Assembly (NCBI GenBank): GCA_964016885.1
Contig: OZ024743.1
Coordinates: 160,518,001-160,582,000 of the forward strand
Source: Eledone cirrhosa
Lineage: Eukaryota
Direction: 5' to 3'
DNA: 64,000 nt
Position numbers and translations under genes: made by a program. The first letter of the stretch is position 1. Each line of letters opens with the position of its first letter. The notes below the pieces were generated by a model, which did no database searches, was not told the DNA's origin, and saw only the letters and a program-made list of their open reading frames with translations. Positions 52,106 through 64,000 of this stretch are shown here, one piece after another.

Positions 52106-53284
52106 AGTTATTCCGGGTTGAATCGGAGGTAACCACAGTAAGTAAGGTACTCAATAAATAGCAGAGTATACAAGTTTTAATATAGATGAGATTCTACAGG
52201 ACTAGAACAGTTTCATTCTTTAGAAATCATCAGATTCCTGATGATTTCTAAAGAATGAAACTGTTCTAGTGTTTATCTATTAGTTTAAAGTATGTAGAAG
52301 GCAGTCTAATTTTTAAAGAGGAGTTAAAGATTGGGTTGAGTCATAGGTATTTTCTTTCTCTGATTTTTCTATTGTTTCTAGGGTTTACATTATTGGTGTT
52401 TGGATCGCTTACTCTAGGTGCTCCGTGCCTAACGCTATGTCTAGTCCTGTTACCTCTATTTTTGTGTGAGCGTTTGTTTAATTTGTCTTTATTCGCTATA
52501 TACTGCAGTTTATCTTTATGTCCAGCCCTATGTAATGCTGCGTTATAATAGTTAGCATGTTCATTAAAAATGTCTAGGTTTGAGGATAAGCGGGATATTC
52601 TAAGGGATATACTACGTGCTATGGATCTGATTATGGATTTGGGGTGGTTTGAGTTATAACTAATGTAGGCCAGATTCCCATTATTTTTGTGGAAAGGTTC
52701 TATTAATCCCGTATTTATATTTAGAGTCACATCTAGAAAGTTTACCTTCTTATGGTTCAGTTCGTAGGTAATACTTAGGCCTAGTTTTTTTAAGAATGAT
52801 CTAATGTTTTTTCTTAATCTTTCCATTCTCTGGTTGTTTAAGTTCCTAGCTATAAGGAGCGCGTCGTCTCTATAAATCCCTCCTTGGAGGTTACTGAATT
52901 CCTTATGTAGGTTGTGTGCTATAAGTAGCCCCACGACGTCAGTAATTTGCGCAGAGTCATTTGATCCCATTGTGATATCGAAGCTGTTTATCCTATCTCT
53001 TCTTACCCAGTAGCTATTTTCAAATTTTATGATAGTCCTTCTAGCCGCTATTATTATTTCAATTTCCTCAGGGGTAAGATCGGAGTTATTTTGGGCAAAT
53101 ATAAGCGCTTTATCTAGGGTGGGTGGGGTTATGGATGCATAGTAGTCGTTTATATCAAATTGTACTCGCAACATCACTATGGAAACACATTATTGAGTCA
53201 AACTTGTTGATATCATCCACTACCCGGAGTACCATAACTGGACTACACTTAAGTGGACTACCTATGACAAAAATTTGTTACCCC

Positions 53285-53285
<1 letters not shown>
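52100..53285 (-). mobile_element. PLE RT fragment with an adjacent HHR palindrome, between (TA)n tracts
   Basis: ORF 52341-53177 has QFDINDYYASI, DITMGSNDSAQITD, IYRDD, VNFLD and SNHP. Related to the 8947 protein. Confidence 0.9.
52201..52270. ncRNA. Perfect 33-bp inverted repeat with an HHR core in each arm
   Basis: CTGATGA t ttct-aa-agaa t GAAA ctgt TC tagt at 52238-52270, its reverse complement at 52201-52233, and a 4-nt spacer. Confidence 0.65.
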
Positions 53286-53328
<43 letters not shown>

Positions 53329-53498
53329 GTGGCATGGTTATATATATACATATAAGGGGCGACTGTGAAGTGTTTAGCCTCACACAGAAAACAAAGAGAT
53401 ATGCAAATATGTAACGTACGTTCATCTAAGTGTGTATATATGTATATAATTGTGTGTGACTGACTGCATATATATTTTTAAATTCATAAAAACATATT

Positions 53499-55574
53499 TT
53501 AGCTTTTACCTCTTTTAACATATGCTGACACGGATCTTCCGCATCCTAGTTCGCGCGGGATCCCCCTCAACGTCTCCAGTTTGTGCAGTAATGGCTCGAG
53601 AGTCAATACGTACAATAGGGACGAGAGGGGACATCCTTGGCGGATCGAGCGCATGATGTTGAACGGTTCCGAACGGTGACCGTTCACTCTCACTACAGAG
53701 CAGATGTTGCTGTGCATGGCAGCGATCCAGCCTCTGAAGACGGGCCCAAAGCCAGCCGCCCTCAGGACTGCCTCTAGGTAACGATGGTCGACCCTATCGA
53801 AGGCTTTCGACTGATCTAAATTGATCAAAGACTCACCCGTGCCAGGTTCCCTAGCTACCCTCTCTACGATGTATCGCATGAGGTGGAGGTTGTCGTGGAT
53901 GGATCTGTCGGGAATGACGCATGTCTGTGCCTCTCCCACCAGACCACCAACGACAAGCGCCAACCTCTTTGCTAGCACCTTGGCCAAAATCTTGAACTCT
54001 GTGTTTAGCAGAGTTATGGGCCTAAAATTATCTATGTTATCCCCCTTGTTCGGATCCTTTCTCAGCAGCGCCACCGCTCCTCGGCTCACAGAGCTGGGAA
54101 TTCTCCCGTTCTGTTGCCAGTTGCAGTAGACGTCCGCCAAGAGGCCTCCGAACAAGTTTGGCATTTGTACGTAAAGTTCATAGGGCAGACCATCCAAACC
54201 AGGCGATTTACCCCTAGTGCAACTAGTCATTGCATCCCATTCTTCAGCGGTTGTTATCGGCTTTTCGCAACACTCCGCCTCAGTGGCCGAAAGCCGCGGC
54301 AGTCCGTCGAGGTAGACACTAAAGTCCATTCCTCGAGCCGGCCCGCCACTGCCCCCGAACAGTTGAGCGAAGTGTCGCTGAAAAGCTTCACACATTTGCC
54401 CGGGATCGAGTAGCATGCGCCCGTCGTGGTCCACCAAAGACCGGATCGTGGCTTTGTTGCCACGACGCGCCTCCGCCACTCGGGCCCATTGAACGGCTTT
54501 CGTCCCCTCGTGTCTGAGAGCACGCACCCTAGCTCTGACAACGCAGCCTTCGTGCTTTGCATTGAAGAATTGGACAAGGGCCAATTTCGCCGCAAGTACG
54601 TCGGTCGCGATGCCTTTGCTAAGCGCCTCATCTAATTTTCTAACTAGTTTTCCCTCTGCTCTATTTTTCTCTATTGCTAAAGTCTTACTAAACTTAATGG
54701 ACTCTATTCTAATTGCTCTTTTCAGAGCAAGCCACCACTTGTTGTTGACGATGGCCCCCGTCAACGCCCGCTTAACTAGTTCGCTAATCCGGTCTCTGTA
54801 GGCCTTGCGCGCTGGTAAGGACGCGTTTAGCTTCCAGTAGCCGGGTCCTCGCCTATGAAGCCTATCTAAGTCAAGCACACAGATCACGAATTTGTGGTCC
54901 GTGTAGCTGACTATCTTGAATTGTGGACAGCCTATGCTAGACCTATCTATTTCCCTACAAAATACTCTATCTAGATATGATCTGGATGACCCTATGCGAT
55001 TTGTCCAAGTCCACATTGGTACATTCGGGAAATCCATTCGGTACCTGTCAGACAGTTCAAAACGTCTGAGCAGGTTGGTGAGACTCTTGTACCCTCCTTC
55101 CCTATCCACTAATCCCACACAATCCCAGCGTGCATCTAAGATCCCGTTCCAGTCGCCCACTAACACTAAAGAGCGGGACGTTCCAAGAAAGGTCTCCAGA
55201 CGCCGGAAGAAATCAGGCCGCCCTGCTCCTGTCGGGGCATAGACGGCTACTAACCTGAAAGCTTGCCCGTCTCCGCTGGTCACGTCCAGCACCACCATCT
55301 TACCTTCTGTGTCCAGGAAGATGGCCCGTATGGCAAGATCCAAACCTCTCCGAAAAAGCACAGCAACTCCTCCCCCCGATCCCGGACGGCCGGGAGATGC
55401 GTACACATCGTAGCCGCCGAAGATCGGTGCGAAAGCCTGTGCCTCGGAGATTCTGGTCTCGCTGATGGCCACTACATCTATGTTTAGTGACCTGAGGTCG
55501 TTGAGCAGGTGGCCCTGCTTCCATGACGACCCCAAGCCACGCGCATTTATGCTGCCTATTCTGAGTGAGGTCAT
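53499..55574 (-). CDS. Tx1/L1-clade LINE ORF2: APE endonuclease plus RT, 3'-truncated just before YADD
   Basis: IGSINARGL, AISETR, VYAP, GDWN, SYLDRVF, TDH, GPGYWKLN, KSPGLDGLPYE, FRPITLLN, LDQSKAFDRVDH, SIRQGCPLS. Confidence 0.93.
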   Translation of the reverse strand: MTSLRIGSINARGLGSSWKQGHLLNDLRSLNIDVVAISETRISEAQAFAPIFGGYDVYASPGRPGSGGGVAVLFRRGLDLAIRAIFLDTEGKMVVLDVTSGDGQAFRLVAVYAPTGAGRPDFFRRLETFLGTSRSLVLVGDWNGILDARWDCVGLVDREGGYKSLTNLLRRFELSDRYRMDFPNVPMWTWTNRIGSSRSYLDRVFCREIDRSSIGCPQFKIVSYTDHKFVICVLDLDRLHRRGPGYWKLNASLPARKAYRDRISELVKRALTGAIVNNKWWLALKRAIRIESIKFSKTLAIEKNRAEGKLVRKLDEALSKGIATDVLAAKLALVQFFNAKHEGCVVRARVRALRHEGTKAVQWARVAEARRGNKATIRSLVDHDGRMLLDPGQMCEAFQRHFAQLFGGSGGPARGMDFSVYLDGLPRLSATEAECCEKPITTAEEWDAMTSCTRGKSPGLDGLPYELYVQMPNLFGGLLADVYCNWQQNGRIPSSVSRGAVALLRKDPNKGDNIDNFRPITLLNTEFKILAKVLAKRLALVVGGLVGEAQTCVIPDRSIHDNLHLMRYIVERVAREPGTGESLINLDQSKAFDRVDHRYLEAVLRAAGFGPVFRGWIAAMHSNICSVVRVNGHRSEPFNIMRSIRQGCPLSSLLYVLTLEPLLHKLETLRGIPRELGCGRSVSAYVKRGKS

Positions 55575-55608
55575 GTTGAAAAGGAGTGGAAAAGATGGGA
55601 AAGACCAC

Positions 55609-57481
55609 TTACCTTACTTCTCGTAGGGGAAGGACGGTTTTTCCATCCTTTTCACTGCTTGTGGCCTCCTCAGGAAGGATGTCCTTATAAATCCTCCTGG
55701 AGAGTGCTTGTCGGAAGTCTCCGATGTCTTTGGGGAGTTTTTGTTTTAGTGTCATGTACGTTTTCTGTGTGATGCGAGTGATTTGTATGTGTGGAGGTGG
55801 TGTGAATTTTGGGGTTGTTGTGTAGTCTTTTTCTGTGATGCTGGTGTTGTGTTGGATGTAGTGTAATAATTGCTTGTTGTTCAAATTTAATGCTGTGTAG
55901 TGTGTATCGTTTTGGTTGTTTTGTTTTGTTTGCGTTTGTTGTGGGTTTGTTTCTGTTTCGCATTTTGGTGACTTTTTTGGTGTAGGTGATGGTGGTGTTG
56001 GAGTTAATGATGGTGATGGTGTTGGTGTTTGGGTTGATGGGGTTGGTGATGCTGGTGTGGATGGTGGCATATCTGTCCTAACTTTTTTGTTTCTTAGTTT
56101 ATTTGTTTCCCTCTGTATGTTGTTTTTGGAGGGGGAAGGAAGAGAATTTTTTCTTTTTTGGTTTCTTTTTTTTTTTCCGGATATCGTTTCCCACTCCTCG
56201 TCGTCACAATCTGTCTCCAGTTGTGATAGGCCGGGGAGTGGAAAATCCTCCACAGGCGTTAGTTTTGGTTGTGGCGTGGTGGATGGTGTAGGCGCTGGTG
56301 CTAGTTCTGAAGCGTTGGGTGGTGGTGGTGTTGGTTTTGCTGGTGGTGATGGTGGTGGTGTTGGTTTTGCTACTGTTGCTGGGGTTGTTGCTGTTATAGT
56401 TGCTTCTGTTGTTGCTGCTACAGTTGTTGCTGCCATCTCTGCTACTGGTGGTGTTGATGGTTGTGTCACTGCGGTGGGTAGGAGAGGTGGTCTCAACCTT
56501 TTAGCCTGAGGGCAGAAAGCCCTTAGGTGGGTTCCTTCACCACAAACGACACACCTAGGTCTTCTGCCCTCGACAATTACCGTGAGGTGGCTGCCGTCAG
56601 TGAGGTCTATTACCTCTGGGATCTCCTCAATACTTTTTTGGTCCGCTTGGATCAGGAGCTCCATCCCAGATCCGGACCAGTTCTCCTAGCTTTTCTTTTG
56701 CTATTGCTATTATTTTCGTGTTGGCTTCCATGCCGGCGAGGACGGCCGCTATTAGCCAGGGAATTTCGATGGCCGGTGGAACGTGGGTCACCCTGATCTT
56801 TACGAGTCTCTGGCCACAATAGCTTGGGACGAGTGTGAAGTCGTCACTTCTTAATGGGGCCATGGAGTGTTCTCTAGCCTCCTCTGGTGTTTCAAAGAAC
56901 ACGTCCACGGTTCCATACTTTTGCCCACGTCTGATGTGGGTTTTTCTTGCCCACACATGTCCCAAAGCTTTTTGGATTTGGGACTCGGATGCCCGTTCCA
57001 CTCGGCGCGATTTTACATTTATTGTTCTATACGACACGGTGCATAGGCGCCGATGCTCCATTTTATTAGGTGGGGGGTGGGTGAGGCTGACCCTGTACCC
57101 ATCTTTCTTTACCATTTGTTTGGCATTTTCTAAATCCTCCTGAGTTACCGTAAATGCTTCGAACTGTTTTGCTACTCTGGCGAAACTGAGGGTCAGTTTT
57201 ATAATGTCATTGTTGTTGTTGTTGCTATCGTTATTTGTGTTAATATTAATTTTAGTTTCAGTTGTGGTGGTGGTGACGTCAGTCGTCTTTGGTGGGGAAG
57301 AGTCCATTTTGCTTGATTTCATTTCGACATCACGAGTTAATTTGTTTTTTTCTTCTTTTGTTTCTGTTGTCGCGGTGGTGGTGGTGGTGGTGGTGGTTGT
57401 CGCGGTGGTGGTGGTGGTGGTGGAGGCTTTAACACCTGCAGTCATTGGTAATGGCGGGAAATGAATGTCTGCCTGAGACAA
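55609..57481 (-). pseudogene. Tx1/L1-clade LINE ORF1 (gag-like), single frameshift near 56690
   Basis: ORFs 56627-57481 and 55609-56664. CCHC knuckle CVVCGEGTHLRAFC, P/T-rich region and WETISGKKKR, directly upstream of ORF2. Confidence 0.85.
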
Positions 57482-57845
57482 ATTAAAAATATTGCTACTG
57501 CTTATATTTTTTTTGTGTTGGCAAATGTAGTAACATTTACAATGGTGGTGTCGGTGTGAGGTGTTAATTTGTGAGGAAGGCTTTCAGCTGCTTGGTGCAG
57601 AGGTGAATTAGGCATTTTTCTTTCAAAGAAATTTTTGATAATAATAAAAGTTTAAATTTTGGGCACAAGGCCCCAATCTTTTTGGGTGTCCTTTTCGGAA
57701 AACAATGTATGTGCGCTTATAAACAGTTAACAATAAAATTTTACATAAATGACAATTTTTAACAAACGGAAATAACAAACCTTTGCGGAGCTCACAATGA
57801 TACGATTTACTACGTAGGTCGCCAATAATAATAATAATAATAATA

Positions 57846-59364
57846 AAACTCTTCATGGACGATCTTAAGCTCTTCGGGAAGAGTGAGAAAGAGTTGGATG
57901 TTCTTGTTGACACTGTCCGTATTTTCAGCAGTGATATATGTATGCAATTTGGTATTAGTAAGTGTGGAGTCATTGTGATGAGGAGGAGTAGTTTGAGCAG
58001 AAGTAACGGAATCCAGATACCAACAGGTGAGATGATAAGGAAATTGACTCTGAGGAAGGATACAAGTATTTGGGCGTTCTGGAGGCTGATGGCATAAAGA
58101 ACCAAAAAATGAAGGAATTGTTAAGAACTGAATACATTCGGAGAATAAGGAGCGTATTCAAGTCACATCTGAACAGCAGAAATGCCATAAGCGCAGTAAA
58201 TTCCCGAGATGTGTCTATTATTAGGTACAGTGCCGGAATTCTGAGATGGAATGTTGCTGAACAAAAAGAAATAGATAGGAAGACTAGGAAGCTATTGACT
58301 ATCTACAACATGTTCCACAAGGGGAGTGATGTCGATAGACTCTACTTAAGGAGATCTGAGGGTGGAAGAGGTCTTATCATCATAGAGGACTGTGCTCAGA
58401 TGGAGAAAAACAACCTACACAAATACGTGACTGATAGTAAAGAGCCAATGCTCAGAACTGTACTGAAGGAGGGGACAATAGGCCAGGGGATGTCCAAGGA
58501 GGAAATAACATCAAGGAGAAAGAGCAGCCTTCAGGAAAAATCCCTTCATAGTACCTTCTTTGAGAAAACTGAATTTAGAGATCCACAGACATGGAACTGG
58601 TTGAAAAGAGGAGACCTTAAAAAGGCTACAGAAGGAATGTTAATGGCTGCGCAGGAGCAGGCCCTCAAAACGAAGTGGTTGAAACACCATATTTACAAGG
58701 AGGAGGCTAGCCCGCTGTGCAGGATCTGTGGAGAGAGAGAGGAGACTGTGGCTCACATTGTATCCGAGTGTAAACACCAAGCCCAGACCCACTATAAGGG
58801 CTGGAGACATGATGTGATGGCAGGGTGATCCACTGGCACCTGTGCAAAGTAAACAATTTACCACATTCTGAGAAGTGGTATGAGCATAAGCCAGAGGCGG
58901 TGATAGAGAACGATCAGGTGAAGGTGCTGTGGGATTTTAGGATACAGACGGACAAGAAACTGGAACACAATAGACCTGACCTGGTGGTTGTGGAGAAAGA
59001 AAAAAGATCGTGCCGGATTGTGGATGTGGCCTGCCCATTCGACACGAGAGTGCAAGAGAAGGAGGGATAGAAAATTAACCGATACCAGGACTTAAAGTGG
59101 GAGGTAAAAAGGATTTGTAACTGCCATGAAGTCAAAGTGATCCCAATTGTCATAGGCGCACTAGGGACTATCTCCAAAAGTTTCCGGGGATGGTTAAAGA
59201 AAATCGGCCCCTTCACGCTTTTTGGAACGCTTCAAAAGGCATGCTTGCTGGGAACAACAAGAACCCTCCGATACGTCCTGAATATCTGAGGCTGCAGGTA
59301 GTGGCTTGATATTCATTCCAACAAACTTTCCAGTTAACTAACATCAATGACTGAGACTCAAGGA
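57846..59364 (+). mobile_element. R4/Dong-like non-LTR retrotransposon (RT end, CCHC, RLE endonuclease), 5'-truncated, in (TAA)n
   Basis: FMDDLKL, YKYLG, DRKTRKLL, DVDRLYL..GGRGL, AAQEQAL, CRICGEREETVAHIVSEC, RHD, RPDLVV, DVACPFD, KINRYQDL. (TAA)n on both flanks. Confidence 0.9.
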
Positions 59365-59387
59365 GTAATAACAATAATAATAATAAT

Positions 59388-62300
59388 ATCTTTATTGGCC
59401 ACAAGGGCTAACATGAAGAAAAACATAAGAGACGGCACAGAGCAATACAGGACGCTACAAAGCGTGTTTGGGTCGTGTAAACATGTTATAACAAGATAGA
59501 AATTGGGCTAGAAATAAAAAAAAAATTCAAACAACAAAAATTACCCAAAATGGGGGAAAATTCCGATGGTCACTCGTGGCGAAAACTACACAAAAGACCA
59601 CGGCCACCCTGACCTTCCTCAGTTTTCTCACTCCTCAGTCTACAGGCGCATACTCAGAGCGGACCCGTTCACTCGGACCAGACTCGCCACTTTCACACAC
59701 CTTTCAACAAACTTACTAGAAGACAGCACTTGCCTCTCCATCCTGATTTTCCTCTTCAAGGGAAATTTGAAAAGGTTAATCAGGGATAGGCCGGAGAAGA
59801 AAGTGTCCGTATTCAACCCTTTCAACCTTGTCCACCACACAATCTCTTTCGCCATGGCCACCAGGGAGATGAAAACTGCCTGCCCTTCCTCCTCTTTAAA
59901 GGAGGATGGCGGGGATATCTGCACAATGAACTCAGTCGATAACCGGACCAGTCCTACACGCGACAGCAGCTGTTCAACAGAGCTCCACAAGTCAGCAATC
60001 CTCCGGCACTGAACGAGTGCGTGCAGGTCGGTTTCGTCGCCCTGCGCGCATTTCGGACAGGTTCAGCTGACAGCACCTCCGTGCCTGTAGAGCTTATCCT
60101 GAACCGGCAACGCTTCCCGGTAACACTGCTATGCCAGGGATTTCTGGAAGTTGTCCATAGGCCCCGGTCTGAAAGTTCTCTTGAAGAGAGCTAACAGCTG
60201 ATCGTCTTCGACGCCCAGGTTCTCCCTGAGGACGTCGTCGCTCTTTCTCTCCGCTTGCTCTCTATAGAACGCCGAGGTGGATGTTCAACCGATACTAGTG
60301 CCCAGCCGGTAGAGGGTGGTGAGCACTTGGAGACATTCCAGCTTCCAAACACTATCTCTCGGTCTTTTCCTGACCCAGGACTGCAGCTCCATCAAGGAGA
60401 CCAGCTGGGGAAAAGCGCGTCTGGCAAACGGCGACCACACCTGTTCACCGCCAAGCACGCACCTGAGATATCGCAGCCTCAGCGCATGTTTGCGCATCAT
60501 CAGCCACGGCATGCCTAGTCCTCCACGCAACGGGTCTTGATAGCAAATGGATCGTCTGACCATGGGGGCACATCCCTTCCACAAAAAGCGGAAGAGAAGA
60601 CGCTCCATTTTGGTCAGAGTTGGGCGGGGGAAAAGGTACGACGGTCAGGTGGTAGCAGATGGCGGACGCTATGTATGCATTCGTCACCTCCTCCTGACCT
60701 TTCAGAGACAGCCTCCACTCGGGCTATTTCTGGGTGAGGGAGGCCACCTTGCTCGTCACCTCGTTCCAGTTTTTCTCTATTTGGAGGTCCGAACCGAACC
60801 AGACCCCGGGCAATTTAACGGGTCCTTCCGTCCAGCGCCCCACGACGCTGTTGGACGGCATGGACTTGCTTCTCCAGGTGCAGAATTGCAAGCCCACCGA
60901 CTTTTCCTGGTTTATCTTTGATCCTATCACCGCTTCGTATTACTTGAGAGCGTTGTTTGGTACTCGACACGACCATGGTGACGTCGTCGGCAAAAGCAGC
61001 CACGGATCTCCCACATCCCAGTTCGCGTGGGACCCCCCTCATCGTCTCCAATTTGTGCAGTAACGGCTCGAGGCCAGTACGTACAAACGGGACAAGAGGG
61101 GGAGACCCTGGCGGACCGAGCACATGATGCTGAAAGGCTGCGACAGGTGACCATTCACCATCACAATCGAGCAGATGTCGCTGTGCATCGCAGCGAACAA
61201 TCTCTTGAAAACGAGCCCGAAGCGTGCCGCCCCAAGGACCGCAGCCAGGTACCGCCGCTCCCGAACAATTGAGCAAAGTGCTGTTGAAAAGCCGCACAAA
61301 TCTGCTCGGGTTCGAGCAACATGCGCCCGCTTTGATCAGGCAAAGACCGAATTGTGGACTTGTTGCCATGTCGCGCCTACACCACCCGGGCCCATTGAAC
61401 GGCTTTCGTCCCTTCGTGTCTTAGAGCACGCGCTCTAGCTCTGACAACGCAGCCTTCATGCTTTGTGTTGAAGAATTGGTCGAGTGCCAATCTCGCCGCA
61501 AGCACGTCCGTTTCGATGCCTGTCCTAAACGCCTCTTCTAGCTTTCTAACTAACTCTCCCTCTACTCTATTTTCCTTTATCACTACTTCTTTGCTAAACC
61601 TTATCTTTTCTACTCTAATAGCCCTTTTCACGGTAAACCACCACCTGTTGTTGACGATCGCACCCGTCAATGCTCGCATAACTAATTCGCTAATCCGGTC
61701 TCTGTAAACTTTGCGCGCCGGGAACGACGTGTTTAGCTTCCAGTAGCCGGGTCCTTGTCTACGGAGTCTATCTATGTCAACTTCACAGATCAGAAATGTG
61801 TGGTCCGTGTAGTCGACTACTTTAAATCGTGGAGAACCTACACTAGCGTTATATGTTTCACTACAGAATACTGCGTTGGGGAATTTTTCTTTTAAAAGTT
61901 TGTAATGTTCTATTTTGATTTCAATGGTGTTTATGTTTTTCGGGAGAGTTCTTGGTGTTGGTGGGGTGTAGTAATTCTTTTCTGTGTTGTCTGTGTGCTG
62001 CTTTATATGTTGTATGAGTTCTTTATTTGCCATGTTTATGGCTTTGTACCTTTTTGGGGGAGGGCGATTTTGTTGCTGTTTTCTTGTTGTTGCTGTCGGG
62101 TGTGTGTGTTTTGTTGTGTTTGCGATGTTGGTGTTTTTTGGTGATGCTGGTGGTGTTTGTGTGGTTGTTGGTGTTGGTGTGGTTGTTGTTGGTGGTGATG
62201 CTTGTGGTGGTGATGGTGGTGGCGTTGCTGCAAGTCGCCTTGAAGCCCCCTTACCCTTCTTTCTTTGTCCTCGCTTTTGGAGGGTGAAGCTAATGGTTTT

Positions 62301-63780
62301 TCCTTTTTTTGCTTTTTGTGGCAGACCGTTTTCCACTTTCCTCCCGCCTCATACTCCATGTCGGATTCCGTGGCGTCTGAGAGGGGTATGTGCTCCACTG
62401 TTGTTGGTGGTGGTAGTGGAGCCCGCTCCGGAGATTTTGCCGCCGATGTAGCTGCTGCGACTGTTGGTGTTGCCGCCACTGCTGCCGATGTTTTAGTTAT
62501 CCGTGGCCTTGGTATGGGTGCCACGGACGTTGCCCTCCTACTCACCATGGAAGGGTCTTCTGCCTCGGTTGCCTGTCCTGCTCTTGGTAGCAGCGGATCA
62601 GGCGTCAGAAGGAGGGTGGCCCTCTTCTTGCCTGTCTTCTGCTGACAGAAGGCCCTGATGTGACCCTTCTGCCCACAGAGATAGCACTATGGGCGCCTTC
62701 TCTCCAGGCTTATAGGGAGATGGAGTCATTCCTCGAGGTCTATGATATCTTGGATGGCCTCGACGTACTCCTGGTCAGTTTGTATTAGCATTTGCATGCC
62801 TATACCAGACCAGTTCTCTCTTCCCATTCTCTGTATTTCCAGTATGGTGGTCTTCTCTTCGATTCCAGTCAGTTCAGACGCGGCCAGCCAAGGTATGAGC
62901 ACGTCGAGCGGTACCTGGGTCACTTTCACCCTCACAATGTTCTGCCCGCAGTAGGAACGCACAAAGACTATTTCCTCCATCTTTAGGGTTTCCAAAGTGT
63001 AAGACTTCGCCCCTTGGGGGTGGCGAAAAGTACGTCTACTGTGACGTACTTTTTGCCTCGGGTGCGGTGGGTTTTGCGCGCCCAGACGCACCCCAAGACC
63101 TTTTGGATTTGAGCCTCCATGGCTCTCTCCACCCGATATGACATTGTTCTTACTGTGCGGTAAGTCACCATGCGCAGCTGCTGGTCTTTGATGAAATCGG
63201 GTGGAGGTTTCAGGGAAACTCTATTATCATTTCTAGTCAGCATGGTTCTTGCGACTGCCAACTCCTCCATCACTATTACTGTCTCTATATTTCGGGCCAC
63301 ACATGCGAAAGAAGTGGCCCCTTTTTCAGCGGAACCATTATTGCTGCTGTTACTGCTGCTACTGGTCTTGTTGTTGGTTCTGTTGCTGTTGCTACTGCTA
63401 CAAAAGGTGTTGTTGGTGTTGTTGCTGTTATCACTGTTGTAGTTGGTCTTGTTTTTGGTGCCACCGTTGGTGTTGTTTTCAGTGTAATTTGTATTGTTGC
63501 TGTTGGTGTTGTTGTTGTTTATTTTCTTGTTAGTGGTGTTAATATCGTTGTTGCATTTGTTGTCATCTTTTTCTGTTGTCTGTATTTTGGTTGACGCTGT
63601 TATTGTTGTAGTTGATGCGGTAATATTTTCAAAATTAGTGTTCTCAGTGTTGTTGTCTTTGTTCACGTTGTTTGTGGTGGTGTTTGTTGTATCAATGTCT
63701 GTAACACTCCTCTCAACTTTTACGCCGTTGTCACACGACAGCAGACATATTGCTGGGGGGCGTGGCTCAGTCATGTTTTC
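59388..63780 (-). mobile_element. Tx1/L1-clade LINE, end to end but with two large internal deletions
   Basis: ORF1 from 63774 with a CYLCGQKGH-type knuckle near 62650-62690. ORF1 fuses to the end of APE at about 61850. Second deletion at about 61258. FADD near 60985; 3' end ggccaataaag plus (ATT)n. Confidence 0.88.
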
Positions 63781-64000
63781 TTTTATTTTTTAGAGTAAAA
63801 TATTCAAATATTTGCGCCAGAAGGCCCAAATATTACACTTTCCCCTTCACAAGGCAAAGTCCAAGGGCTTATATCCCTTACACAACAAGGAAAATTTAAC
63901 AACAAATAATTATAACAGGTAAATAGAGCGACTTACTGGGAGCGAGCAAAAAGACGTCCGAACAGACCAATAATAATAATAATAATCCTAATAATAATAA

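Overview
AT-rich metazoan genomic DNA; the SINE content and huge (TA)n tracts point to a cephalopod, probably Octopus (inference). No host gene can be supported. The window is almost entirely mobile DNA: a dead Tc1 transposon end, tandem and dispersed tRNA-derived SINEs, a CR1-like LINE, several Tx1/L1-clade LINEs (one forming a large inverted duplication), an R4/Dong-like RLE retroelement in (TAA)n, and a probable Helitron end. The most striking content is a dense set of Penelope-like elements (PLEs; RT plus GIY-YIG) and non-coding derivatives, nearly all inserted in (TA)n and often folded back as inverted repeats. Reading both strands by eye, I find about 18 type I hammerhead ribozyme (HHR) motifs, intact or variant, from about 9 sequence families. 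They include a ~591-bp tandem-repeat, retrozyme-like family with a U3:A8 core variant, and short ORF-less hairpin elements that appear to move as units. All YIYI/CVCV-type ORFs are microsatellite artefacts. Boundaries and structures were read by eye; nothing was folded, aligned or searched computationally.
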